Source of the DNA: Candidatus Levyibacteriota bacterium
Lineage (GTDB): Bacteria > Patescibacteriota > Microgenomatia > Levybacterales > UBA12049
Direction: 5' to 3'
Assembly (NCBI GenBank): GCA_003152105.1
Contig: PLZJ01000002.1
Location: forward strand, 172,257 to 236,256
DNA: 64,000 nt
Part shown: one piece after another, positions 1 through 9,272 of the stretch
Position numbering within the stretch: position 1 is the stretch's first letter
Layout of the letters: each line of letters starts with the position of its first letter
Translations under genes and position numbers: made by a program
Notes under the pieces: generated by a model
What the model was told of the DNA's origin: nothing
What the model saw: only the letters and a program-made list of their open reading frames with translations
Database searches by the model: none

Positions 1-1
1 C

Positions 2-778
2 ACAAGCGACGGACTAGATGTTCATCCAACTATTCCAACGGGGACGCAAAATTACGCTAAATTAATTGCTGATACCGTATCTCAAGTTAGTTCCGGTGCT
101 ACAAACTCTACTTCAGCAACAAGCCAAAGCTCTTCATCAACAGTACAAAGCAATGCTGTAGTTTCCTGTGTAGGAAAAGTTTCTGAGCAAGAAAAAAAGG
201 AATGCCAAAACCAAGGCAGCGGCTCATCAAATAATTCACTAGTGGAAGCAGCTCAAGACTTATATAACGAGACGGTGGCATGTTCTTCTGATAGAAGATT
301 TACTTTCGATATTTGTAGTTTCTCCAAAAACTTATCTAATACCCCATTTTCTGCAAATATTGATGCAGCATTACAAAGCATCACTCCTGATGGTGCAGGC
401 TGCACGCAATGTACTAATTTTGTATATACTGCAGTAGCACTAGCTACCGGGCAACAACTAGAACCAAATATAAGCGCAGCAGCGGATGCATTAGACTATA
501 ATCAACTTACTGCGGGTGGTGATACCTTTGTTAAGCAGCCTGCAAATACTATTCCCCAACCAGGAGACATAGGAGTGGCTGCAGCTTGGGCAAGTATTGC
601 AAACGGGGCTGAATATGTTGGCGGAGCAGGACACATATTAATCGTAAAAAAACCAGAAGGAAACGTAAAATTCTATGCTTTAGAAGCAAATTTTCCCGAA
701 CCTTCTAATAGCTGCCAAGTCGCGGATAGTGTATTTGAGCATTTTGATGGTTTATATACGTTTTTTAGAAAAAAATAA
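2..778 (+). CDS. CHAP-domain-like secreted protein, C-terminal part (5' end outside window; ORF track starts it at GTG 242)
   Basis: Frame is open from the window start with no stop before 242. Cys...His spacing (CTNFVYTA ... GHILIV) resembles CHAP amidase/peptidase. Confidence 0.4.
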   Translation, partial: TSDGLDVHPTIPTGTQNYAKLIADTVSQVSSGATNSTSATSQSSSSTVQSNAVVSCVGKVSEQEKKECQNQGSGSSNNSLVEAAQDLYNETVACSSDRRFTFDICSFSKNLSNTPFSANIDAALQSITPDGAGCTQCTNFVYTAVALATGQQLEPNISAAADALDYNQLTAGGDTFVKQPANTIPQPGDIGVAAAWASIANGAEYVGGAGHILIVKKPEGNVKFYALEANFPEPSNSCQVADSVFEHFDGLYTFFRKK

Positions 779-780
779 AT

Positions 781-1506
781 ATGTTTAAACAATATTTTTT
801 TGAATTAATGAGCAAGTGGAAATGGTATTTATCTGCCTTACTTATTCTTATTTCACTAGTGGCTATATATATCATAATATCCTCGTACTTTTTTCCTCGT
901 AATGCAAATCATAATAAAATAAATACTACTTCTCAACCAACAATTTCTCCAATTCCGTTATCTAGCTTCGGTATTGATTCTACAAACCCATTAAGTGGAC
1001 AAAATAATGTGAATGCTGGCGAAATAATAATTTCATTTATATCTGATAGAGAGCTTCCTTCAAGTAAAGCATTTACTATGACTATATCACCAAAACTTCC
1101 CTATTATTGGAAATTTATTAATAGTTATCCTACTAAAATAGTTGAGGCACAGGTATTTGGAGGATTGAGTCCAAACACCACATATACAGTAAGTGTTTTT
1201 GATTATAAAAATAAACCAGTAAATTCTTGGTCATTTACAACCGTGACACAACCAGCTCAATCATCTTCAGCTCTCATTCAAGATAATGAACAGAAAATAA
1301 TTAGTAACTATTTTCCACTATTTCAATGGATTCCGTATTCAAATAATGATTTTGCAATAGACTATACTTCTCCAAGCGATAATACGCTACTTGTGAATAT
1401 TAAAAATAGTAATGTAAGTAGGGTTAAACAAGAAGTAAACGATTGGATTAAAAGTCATGGAGAAGATCCTTCAAAGCAAAAGATTAATTTTGTTAATAGC
1501 TATTAA
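781..1506 (+). CDS. hypothetical membrane-anchored protein
   Basis: N-terminal TM helix, Ser/Thr/Asn-rich extracellular region. Confidence 0.45.
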   Translation: MFKQYFFELMSKWKWYLSALLILISLVAIYIIISSYFFPRNANHNKINTTSQPTISPIPLSSFGIDSTNPLSGQNNVNAGEIIISFISDRELPSSKAFTMTISPKLPYYWKFINSYPTKIVEAQVFGGLSPNTTYTVSVFDYKNKPVNSWSFTTVTQPAQSSSALIQDNEQKIISNYFPLFQWIPYSNNDFAIDYTSPSDNTLLVNIKNSNVSRVKQEVNDWIKSHGEDPSKQKINFVNSY

Positions 1507-2618
1507 CTCTGCACTCTCACAGGCATAATTATGTGCATATAAGAATCGTCGCTTTTAAATTTAAATACGCCGGGATTTAGGGGTCCTTGCATTTCAAAAA
1601 CTAATTCTTCTTCTTCAACATGAGTAAAAAAATCTAATAAATATTTAGCATTAAAGGCAATTTCGTTTTCTTCTCCCTCTAATACCCCCTCTACTTCAAC
1701 CATATTACTTCCTACTGCTGCGGTATTTGCAGATACTACTACCTTATCTTTCAAAAACGAAAATCTAACTATATTATCAGTTTCTCTAGCAAATATTCCA
1801 CTTATCTTAACTGCCTTATGCATCTCCTCTCTATTAAATACAAAGCGAAGTGAGTGTTCACTTGGAAGAATATCATCATATAAAGGAAATTCAGCGTCTA
1901 TTAGTCTTCCTATTATAGTAGTATTTGTGTCTGCAAAGATTATTTGATTGTTTTTAGAGGAAACATGAATTATTACATTACCTTCATCTTTTAATGTTAC
2001 TGCTTCCCTAAGAACTCTTGACTGCACTAGAAGTTTTTCATATTTTCCCGGATCCTGACTATTTACTCCCTCAGTTACAATGTGCTTTAAAGATAATCGA
2101 AAAGCATCAGTTGCAACAAGAAGAAAACCATTCTCTTCGCGTTTAAGTAAAACTCCAGTAAGTGCAGGCCTTGCATTATCTGTACTTGCCGCGAAAATAA
2201 CCTTAGTAAATTCTTTTTGGAGTATATCCTTATCTATAGTAGTAATAGTGTCTCCAAGGGCATCGTAGAGCGTTGGGAACTCTTCTTTTATTAATGTCTG
2301 AAATGTACTCTTACTGTGTAAACTACTAACCTCTAAGCTGTTTTCGTTGCTTTTTAATTCCACCTTATCTGAAGGAAGAGAATTAATAAGCTCAATAAAT
2401 TGTCTTGCAGAAACTAGCGTTGAACCTTCTGTTAGTATTTTTGCTGGAATTGCAACTTGAATTCCAACATCTAGATCTGTTGCTGATAACAATAATCGTC
2501 CTTCTTTACCTTCAAGTAATATGTGTTGTAATATTGGCAGCTGACTCTTAGAAGAAATGACATGTTGTATTAATGAAATCCGCTTTTGCAAGTTTTCACT
2601 TAGTACTTGTATGTGCAT
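1503..2618 (-). CDS. dnaN: DNA polymerase III beta sliding clamp
   Basis: 371 aa, three-domain clamp length and composition, immediately downstream of dnaA on the same strand. Confidence 0.85.
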   Translation of the reverse strand: MHIQVLSENLQKRISLIQHVISSKSQLPILQHILLEGKEGRLLLSATDLDVGIQVAIPAKILTEGSTLVSARQFIELINSLPSDKVELKSNENSLEVSSLHSKSTFQTLIKEEFPTLYDALGDTITTIDKDILQKEFTKVIFAASTDNARPALTGVLLKREENGFLLVATDAFRLSLKHIVTEGVNSQDPGKYEKLLVQSRVLREAVTLKDEGNVIIHVSSKNNQIIFADTNTTIIGRLIDAEFPLYDDILPSEHSLRFVFNREEMHKAVKISGIFARETDNIVRFSFLKDKVVVSANTAAVGSNMVEVEGVLEGEENEIAFNAKYLLDFFTHVEEEELVFEMQGPLNPGVFKFKSDDSYMHIIMPVRVQS

Positions 2619-2854
2619 AATCTTTTTACGTATATATAAATTGTAGTTGTAGTAGTGTATCGGGAAAAGTGGAAAAATGCAACCATATTTGAAAAACGAA
2701 ATTTATTTTTATCTATATTTATTTCAAATAAAGCTGTTTTTGCTTTTATTATTCTTATTAAATTCCCAAAAACACGAAATAAATGCTAATAAAAAATGTG
2801 GATAAGTTGTTGAAAAATTTGGGGAAAACCTGTTCACAACTCAGCATTTACTAG
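2619..2854. promoter_or_regulatory. dnaA-dnaN intergenic region with perfect DnaA box TGTGGATAA (2797-2805), AT-rich; candidate oriC or DnaA autoregulatory region
   Basis: Reverse complement of TTATCCACA at 2797-2805; additional TTATCC-like motifs at 2863-2880; AT-rich tracts. Confidence 0.4.
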
Positions 2855-4228
2855 TTATCCAAATATCCCCTTTGTTATCCCCATTATGTCAACAGATATC
2901 TTGTTTGGTGTTTTCAACATGTTCTCCACTTTTAAAACACCATGCATTACTGTTGTATGATCGCGCCCACCCAGCATATTTCCTATCTCAACATACGTTA
3001 GTTCTAGTTCTTTTTTTAACAAATACATGGTAATTTGTCTTGCTTTAACAATACCCGCATCTCTTTTGGGACCTTTTAGTTGTGTGGGCTTTATATTATA
3101 AAAAAAGCAAACATTTTTAATAATATCCTCAGGGTAAAGCCTCTTTGATTCTTGCTTTTCAATGCCTAATGCATTGTCCACCATTGCTAGAGTTGCTTTT
3201 TGTTCTTTTGTTTTTGATTCAGTTATAATTCGAAGCAAGAGCCCCTCTAGAGATCTTGCATCAGAAGCTTTTTCAGCTAGAGCTTTAGCAATCTCTATTG
3301 GTAAATCAAATTGATATTTATCAGCCTTTTTTAAAAGTATGGCTGTCTTTAGCTCAAAGTCTGGTGACTCAATATCTACGGTTAGTCCTCCTGCAAAGCG
3401 AGAGGAAAGCCTTTTTTCTAGTTTTTTAATTTCTGACGGGGGTCTATCAGATGAAAGAACAATTTGCGACCCATTATCAATTAAAATATTAAATGTGTGG
3501 AACAATTCTTCCTGAACTCTATCTTTGCCTGCAATAAATTGAATATCATCTATAACAAGGAGAGACGCAGATCTAAATCTTTTTTTCATTTTTGATGTTT
3601 CTGTATTGCGAATTGCCTCAACTACTTCATTGGTAAATTCTTCGCTGGTAATATAAATTATTTTTTTCTCAGGAGATTGTTGATAGGTAAAATTTGCTAT
3701 CGCATGCATTAGATGTGTTTTACCAACTCCTACTGGTCCATATATAAAAAGCGGATTATATGAGGTTCCAAGATTTTTTGCTACTGTCTGAGCAGACACA
3801 AAGGCAAGCTGATTACTTGAAGATACAGCAAGCGTATCAAACGTAAATTCACTTCTCACTCTTGGTAAATGTCCAAGTTGGATTAATGGTTTTTCTTGAG
3901 CAAAGGTAAGGAGCGTTTCTTTGTCGTTTTTAGAAACATTCTTTTTCTCGATTGATTTAGTTACTAAGTTTAGTTGATAGTCTCCTTGGTAATAGTCATC
4001 TACAGATTTTTTAATTTCGTTATAGAATCGTTTTTGTAGCATATCAGCAATCATTGGAGAAGTTGTTCCTATAGTCACTATGTTCTCTTCAACGGAAACA
4101 AGATGAGTTTGCCTAAAAAGCGTTAAATAGTTTACTCGAGACACTTTCGTTTCTATAGTAGACAGAATAGTTTTCCAAGCTGTATTTAGATCTTTTTCCA
4201 TAACAATTCGTTTGAGGCAATGTGGCAA
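2855..4228 (-). CDS. dnaA: chromosomal replication initiator DnaA
   Basis: Walker A GPVGVGKTHL, AAA+ box and C-terminal DNA-binding helix (TYVEIGNMLGGRDHTTV). Confidence 0.9.
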   Translation of the reverse strand: MPHCLKRIVMEKDLNTAWKTILSTIETKVSRVNYLTLFRQTHLVSVEENIVTIGTTSPMIADMLQKRFYNEIKKSVDDYYQGDYQLNLVTKSIEKKNVSKNDKETLLTFAQEKPLIQLGHLPRVRSEFTFDTLAVSSSNQLAFVSAQTVAKNLGTSYNPLFIYGPVGVGKTHLMHAIANFTYQQSPEKKIIYITSEEFTNEVVEAIRNTETSKMKKRFRSASLLVIDDIQFIAGKDRVQEELFHTFNILIDNGSQIVLSSDRPPSEIKKLEKRLSSRFAGGLTVDIESPDFELKTAILLKKADKYQFDLPIEIAKALAEKASDARSLEGLLLRIITESKTKEQKATLAMVDNALGIEKQESKRLYPEDIIKNVCFFYNIKPTQLKGPKRDAGIVKARQITMYLLKKELELTYVEIGNMLGGRDHTTVMHGVLKVENMLKTPNKISVDIMGITKGIFG

Positions 4229-4321
4229 ATCGTTTTATCACTGTAATATTGTCAGTACAATTTGTCAAGAGGTTCTAGAAAACTTTAATCTTATGCTTAA
4301 TTCTGCTATAATATATTCTCA

Positions 4322-4456
4322 ATGGAAAAATTAATTAAAATAAAAAAAGTTAAAAGAAAGAGAAAGCACGGATTTTTAAGCAGACAGAGTTCGCATGGTG
4401 GAAAAAAAGTATTAAAGCGCCGACGCAATAAAGGCCGGAAAATACTAACCGTCTAA
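4322..4456 (+). CDS. rpmH: 50S ribosomal protein L34 (missed by ORF track, 44 aa)
   Basis: Translation [50 protein letters not shown] upstream at about 4305. Its stop overlaps the rnpA start. Confidence 0.8.
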   Translation: MEKLIKIKKVKRKRKHGFLSRQSSHGGKKVLKRRRNKGRKILTV

Positions 4457-4788
4457 TGCTTGCTAAAAAATATCGTCTTTTATCGACTACAAAATTTCAA
4501 CATGCTAAATTGTATCAATCATCTTATTTTTCTCTTAGATATGTAAAATCTGAAAATAACCATAGTACTTTCGGATTTATCGTTACAAAGAAGGTTGACA
4601 AGAGAGCGGTTATTAGGAATGAAATAAAGCGTCGTTTTAGAGCCTGCATAGAGGAAAAATTAGAGCAAATTGTAAAGGGATATCATTTCCTTTTTGTAAT
4701 AAAAAAGGAAGCATTATCTGTTAATAAAGAAGAATTATGCAAACATATACAAGAGCAGTTGAAAAAAGAGGAGTTGTTGATAGCATAA
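4456..4788 (+). CDS. rnpA: ribonuclease P protein component
   Basis: Basic 110 aa protein directly after rpmH, in the conserved rpmH-rnpA-yidD-yidC order. Confidence 0.8.
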   Translation: MLAKKYRLLSTTKFQHAKLYQSSYFSLRYVKSENNHSTFGFIVTKKVDKRAVIRNEIKRRFRACIEEKLEQIVKGYHFLFVIKKEALSVNKEELCKHIQEQLKKEELLIA

Positions 4789-5009
4789 ACTTATTGCAAC
4801 CTTGCGTGGTGCTACTTATTGGGGTCTATCAAATACTTATTTCACCTCTACTACACGCGATAACCGGTCAAGATAAAGCATGTAGATATGCTCCTACTTG
4901 TTCTGAGTATGCTAAGGAACAAATTATAAAGTACGGATTAATGAGTGGAGGAAGAAAAGCTTTAATAAGACTTTTGAGTTGTCAGCCTTTTTCTAAAGCA
5001 GCAATATGA
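4737..5009 (+). CDS. yidD: membrane protein insertion efficiency factor YidD (true start probably internal, about 4790-4800)
   Basis: Conserved YidD core ISPLL...CRYAPTCSEYA...GGRKALIRLLSCQPF. Confidence 0.7.
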   Translation: MQTYTRAVEKRGVVDSINLLQPCVVLLIGVYQILISPLLHAITGQDKACRYAPTCSEYAKEQIIKYGLMSGGRKALIRLLSCQPFSKAAI

Positions 5010-5845
5010 ATATAATATCTATTTTTCAAACTTATATAGTTACTCCTTTAATAAACGTTTTATTATTGATATACCATTATTTGGTAATTCTTCATGTACC
5101 CTACCCTCTTGGATTTTCAATTATTTGCTTAACTATTATTATACGCATTATCTTATATCCATTTATTGCTGCGCAGCTTCGGATGTCACAAAAAATGCTT
5201 AAAATTGCTCCTCATGCGTCTAGACTTAAGGAGATTCACAAGAATGATGCAAAACGACTACAACAAGAAACTGCAAAGTTATATAAAGAACATGGTGTAA
5301 ACCCGGCTTTAGGGTGTTTGCCTATGTTAATACAGCTTCCAATTATCTGGGGTTTATATAACATGTTGTTTAATATAGTTTCCCTCAACCCGCACATTGC
5401 TGTCAAAAAGATTAATAGCGTTTTGTATTCACAAAGCCTTCATATTTCTGGAAATTGGAATCCTCAGTTTTTTGGAATTCCTTTGGGTCAAACACCTGAG
5501 CATCTATTTGCCACAATGGGTCCATTAATTCTGCTTGTGCCGGTTATTACCGGAGCGCTGCAATTTGTACAAACCAAAATGATGACTCCACCAAAGAACA
5601 AAGCGGTCTCCACAGAAAAAAAACAAGATGACTTTGCGTCTGCATTCCAAACACAATCACTCTACATATTCCCTATTATGATTGGATTCTTTTCATTCAA
5701 CTTTTCTTTCGGTTTATCTCTATACTGGAATACTTTTACTATTTTTGGTATACTCCAGCAGTATTTAATTAAAAAAGAAGATAAGGAAAAGGGAGTGGTT
5801 GTTGCACCGATTGTATCGCAAAATAATAGGAAAAGGAACAAATGA
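5006..5845 (+). CDS. yidC: membrane protein insertase YidC (short form)
   Basis: Multi-TM 279 aa protein following yidD; YidC/Oxa1-like hydrophobic core. Confidence 0.75.
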   Translation: MNIISIFQTYIVTPLINVLLLIYHYLVILHVPYPLGFSIICLTIIIRIILYPFIAAQLRMSQKMLKIAPHASRLKEIHKNDAKRLQQETAKLYKEHGVNPALGCLPMLIQLPIIWGLYNMLFNIVSLNPHIAVKKINSVLYSQSLHISGNWNPQFFGIPLGQTPEHLFATMGPLILLVPVITGALQFVQTKMMTPPKNKAVSTEKKQDDFASAFQTQSLYIFPIMIGFFSFNFSFGLSLYWNTFTIFGILQQYLIKKEDKEKGVVVAPIVSQNNRKRNK

Positions 5846-6309
5846 AAAAAACAGAAGAAAAAATTATTAAAGAAATAATTGATTCGTTTATTAATGTGCT
5901 TGGCATTTCAGGAACAGCTACTTTTGAAGCAACAACTTCAGATAAAGAAGAATTGATTGAAATCTTGCTTGAAACACAAGATACTAGTCTCGTAATTGGG
6001 CATCATGGTGAAGGGCTTGAAGCCTTACAATTATTGCTAAGTCTGGCGATATCGAAAAAAATTGATAGATTTGTTAGAGTATCTTTAGAAGTTGGAGATT
6101 ATAAGAAAAACCGGATTGAATTTTTAAATCAATTGACGGCAAAAACAAAAGAAAGAGCGCTACTTGAAGGAAGAGATATTGCTATGCCAGAATTAAAATC
6201 ATGGGAAAGAAGACTAGTGCATATGTTGCTTCAGGATGACGAAGAAGTAGAGACTGAGTCAATAGGTGAAGCAAAAGAGAGAGTGTTAGTTATTAAACCA
6301 AAAAAATAA
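5842..6309 (+). CDS. jag: Jag/SpoIIIJ-associated RNA-binding protein (KH + R3H)
   Basis: Position after yidC; R3H-like C-terminus. Confidence 0.6.
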   Translation: MKKTEEKIIKEIIDSFINVLGISGTATFEATTSDKEELIEILLETQDTSLVIGHHGEGLEALQLLLSLAISKKIDRFVRVSLEVGDYKKNRIEFLNQLTAKTKERALLEGRDIAMPELKSWERRLVHMLLQDDEEVETESIGEAKERVLVIKPKK

Positions 6310-7607
6310 TGAACCTTCGTGCTTTTTTTCAAAAAGCAGCAACATTTTTCTTCCAAACCACTATACTTTTACTCCCTACACAGCTTGGAAAACATTTTTG
6401 GCCAGATTTTGCATTGACGCAAGGAATTCGCATAGACTATCTATCCCCTACTCTTTATGTTACTGACATTACAATTTTTTTATCACTCTTTTTTACAATT
6501 CTCTATTTAGGAAATACATTTCTATTACCGTTTCGAATTCTCCTTTTTAAGCACAAGATACTTTTACTGCTAATAAGCTTGGATATTGGTTTAGGAATAA
6601 TCGGTGCTACAAATAAAATGGTATCTTTATACGAGCTGTATAAAGATATTGAATTTTTATTATTTATATATCTGGTAATTCGAAATGTTCCTAAGGTAAA
6701 GATTGCAACTTTACTTGCATTAGGAGTTTGTTTTGAGTCTTTGCTTTCTGTAGCTCAGTTTGTTCATCAGGGTTCATTAGGAGGTCCTTTATATTTATTA
6801 GGAGAACGTGAAATATTTCCAAGTACTCCTGGTGCTGCAAATGTTTCAATTCACGGATTATTATTACTTCGTCCATATGGTACATTTTCTCATCCAAATG
6901 TCTTGGCAGGTTATTTAATCGTCGTGCTTGCATTACTAATTTTTTCAAAGAAAAAGAAGCAAATAAAAAACAATTTGGGTTGGATTATTACGTATATCTT
7001 AGGAAGCTTGGGGGTAGTAATCTCGTTAAGCAGGCCTGCGGTTATGGTTCTTTTTGTCATGATCTGCGTTAGGTTGGCAATGGAAAAGGGTAGGAAAAGA
7101 AAGATTTATGCAACCTCAATTTTTATCTGTTTAGTATTACTAATATTGATTTCATTTTCTGTCCTCCGCTTTAGGCTATTTGATTTTTCATTATCTGATT
7201 CATCTATTACTCAAAGAATATATTTAATGCAGGTTGCTTTAAAAATGATTGGTCAAAGTCCTCTGTTTGGAATTGGTCTGGGAAATTTTATACCAACTCT
7301 TCCAAGAATAATGGGATATGTTGGGTATCAATTATTGCAACCAGTACACAATATTTATTTGCTTGAAATGTCTGAGCTTGGCATGTTTGGGTTTTTACTA
7401 CTTGTCTGGATAATATATATGGTTATTCAAAAGCTTAGACATGTACAATCGAATGGGTATCAATTTACGTTCCGTGGAATTGTGATTGCGCTAAGTAGTA
7501 TTGCATTCCTGGGTTTATTTGATCATTATTTCTTCACATTAGAGCAAGCACAGCTAGTACTCTGTTTGGTTATTGGAATAGTCTATGCTGAAAAATCTCG
7601 TGCGTAG
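6309..7607 (+). CDS. O-antigen ligase / Wzy_C-family polymerase-like membrane protein
   Basis: About 10 TM helices with a central large loop; SLSRPA motif typical of the Wzy_C family. Confidence 0.5.
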   Translation: MNLRAFFQKAATFFFQTTILLLPTQLGKHFWPDFALTQGIRIDYLSPTLYVTDITIFLSLFFTILYLGNTFLLPFRILLFKHKILLLLISLDIGLGIIGATNKMVSLYELYKDIEFLLFIYLVIRNVPKVKIATLLALGVCFESLLSVAQFVHQGSLGGPLYLLGEREIFPSTPGAANVSIHGLLLLRPYGTFSHPNVLAGYLIVVLALLIFSKKKKQIKNNLGWIITYILGSLGVVISLSRPAVMVLFVMICVRLAMEKGRKRKIYATSIFICLVLLILISFSVLRFRLFDFSLSDSSITQRIYLMQVALKMIGQSPLFGIGLGNFIPTLPRIMGYVGYQLLQPVHNIYLLEMSELGMFGFLLLVWIIYMVIQKLRHVQSNGYQFTFRGIVIALSSIAFLGLFDHYFFTLEQAQLVLCLVIGIVYAEKSRA

Positions 7608-7636
7608 AATAAGGCTAAACATGCTACAATACGAAT

Positions 7637-8854
7637 ATGTCTCACGTTGCAATCGCAAAAAACACTCTTTATCAAATCATCTCTAAGATATCGACTGCAT
7701 TCATAGGTTTTTTATTAACACTATTAATTGCGCACTATTATGGAGCTGATGGTTTTGGAGCTTATACAAAAATAACATTCCTCGTAGGCACAAGCCTTCT
7801 GTTAATTGATTTTGGAATTAATGCAATTTATTTGCAGACAGAAAAAAATATCACATTCTCCGATTTGGTATGGTTAAGGCTCATAATGGCTGCAGTATTG
7901 CTAATCGGATTGAACTTGCTACTTCCTGTATTTGGTATTTTTTCTCAAAATGCATTTCCTGTAGGAGTAAGATTAGGAGTATTGTATTATTCTTTAACAT
8001 TATTTCCACAGGCAGTTATTTTATCTACAAGTTCTTTATTTCAAAAGCATTTAAGGTACAACCTGCTTTTTATTGCGCAAGTTCTGGGATCATTAATTTT
8101 AATTCTGTCATCGGTTGTAGTTGTTGCGTTACATTTAAATTTGATTTGGATAATTCTTTCGTTACTTATTGGAAACATAGTGTCTGCTATAGCCGCATTT
8201 ATTCTTACAAAAGAAAAAATATCTTTTGGTTTTCGTCCACGAAATAGTTGGACTTTATTTAAAATGAGTGTGCCACTAGGACTTATGCTTTTTTGCAATT
8301 TAATTTACTTTAGAGCAGATATCTTTTTACTTTCTTTTTTCACAAGTCAAACAGCAGTAGGTATTTATGGTTACGCGTATCGTTATTTCGATTTTTTAAT
8401 TGCGCTGCCATTATTTTTGTCGAATTCTCTTTACCCAATCATGTTATCTGGGAAAAATACGCGAAATGGAAGTCAAATGCGAACTACCTATGGAGTTGTT
8501 TACGTAGTTTCTGGTATTTTCATTTCTTCGATAGCATTCTTATTAGCACCAATTATCGGAATCGTGAAACCAGAATTTTTATTATCAATTTTGCCGTTTA
8601 GAATATTACTGATCTCATTGCCTATATTTTTTCTGACCAGTTATTTGCAATGGATTTTAATTGTACATAAGAGATTACACATAATGCTAGGTATTTATAT
8701 TTTTTCTGCAGTATTAAATATTGTGTTAAATTATATTTTTATTCCCACACTTGGGTATATAGGAGCTGCATGGATTACTGATATTTCTGAACTAATTGTA
8801 TTATTGCTTCTTGCACTTACAATTTTTAAAACAAAGATATGGAACATAAGATAA
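7637..8854 (+). CDS. polysaccharide biosynthesis protein / Wzx-like flippase (MOP superfamily)
   Basis: 405 aa, about 12 TM helices, adjacent to the O-antigen-ligase-like gene. Confidence 0.5.
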   Translation: MSHVAIAKNTLYQIISKISTAFIGFLLTLLIAHYYGADGFGAYTKITFLVGTSLLLIDFGINAIYLQTEKNITFSDLVWLRLIMAAVLLIGLNLLLPVFGIFSQNAFPVGVRLGVLYYSLTLFPQAVILSTSSLFQKHLRYNLLFIAQVLGSLILILSSVVVVALHLNLIWIILSLLIGNIVSAIAAFILTKEKISFGFRPRNSWTLFKMSVPLGLMLFCNLIYFRADIFLLSFFTSQTAVGIYGYAYRYFDFLIALPLFLSNSLYPIMLSGKNTRNGSQMRTTYGVVYVVSGIFISSIAFLLAPIIGIVKPEFLLSILPFRILLISLPIFFLTSYLQWILIVHKRLHIMLGIYIFSAVLNIVLNYIFIPTLGYIGAAWITDISELIVLLLLALTIFKTKIWNIR

Positions 8855-9258
8855 TCGTTTTTACAGACGGGGGAGCAAGAGGAAATCCTGGGCCAGCTGC
8901 ATACGGGGTTTTTATTTGCGATGAGAAAGGCAAAGAATTAGCAGCTATTGGAAAGGCGATTGGGATTTCTACTAATAATATAGCCGAGTATGCAGGCGTT
9001 GAAGGAGCATTTAACTGGCTACTAGACAATCCCAATTATTCATCTAAAATTTATTTTTACCTTGATTCTTTATTGGTTTGTAATCAATTAAAAGGAATTT
9101 ATAAGATAAAAAATCCGACACTAATGAAGATGAGACAGGGAATTGCTATTGCTGAAAGAAAACTTAGAGATAAAAATATTGAAATTACTTATCAACACAT
9201 TCCTAGGGCTCAAAATAAAAAAGCAGACGCATTAGTAAACAAAGCATTAGATGAATAA
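8839..9258 (+). CDS. rnhA: ribonuclease HI
   Basis: N-terminal IVFTDGGARGNPGPAAYG (RNase H catalytic Asp region); C-terminal ADALVNKAL. Confidence 0.7.
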   Translation: MEHKIIVFTDGGARGNPGPAAYGVFICDEKGKELAAIGKAIGISTNNIAEYAGVEGAFNWLLDNPNYSSKIYFYLDSLLVCNQLKGIYKIKNPTLMKMRQGIAIAERKLRDKNIEITYQHIPRAQNKKADALVNKALDE

Positions 9259-9272
9259 CTAAAACAATTTCT

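Noticed and set aside
2080-2268. Short antisense or nested ORFs from the six-frame track: 2080-2268, 6691-6948, 7870-8298, 8826-9035, 10007-10318, 12262-13617, 14234-14512, 15226-15444, 15830-16343, 18307-18591, 19931-20152, 20610-20834, 21140-21337, 21844-22332, 23143-23385, 27651-27851, 27960-28151, 31761-31982, 32432-32614, 33945-34181, 37998-38216, 38428-38631, 41611-41805, 43919-44161, 47532-47946, 52238-52792, 53450-53755, 54146-54418, 54865-55047, 57903-58094, 59878-60675
   Set aside because: All lie inside or antisense to longer, well-supported genes (dnaN, valS, rpoD, ruvC and others). They have low-complexity or AT-codon-driven composition and no start context, and are judged spurious.
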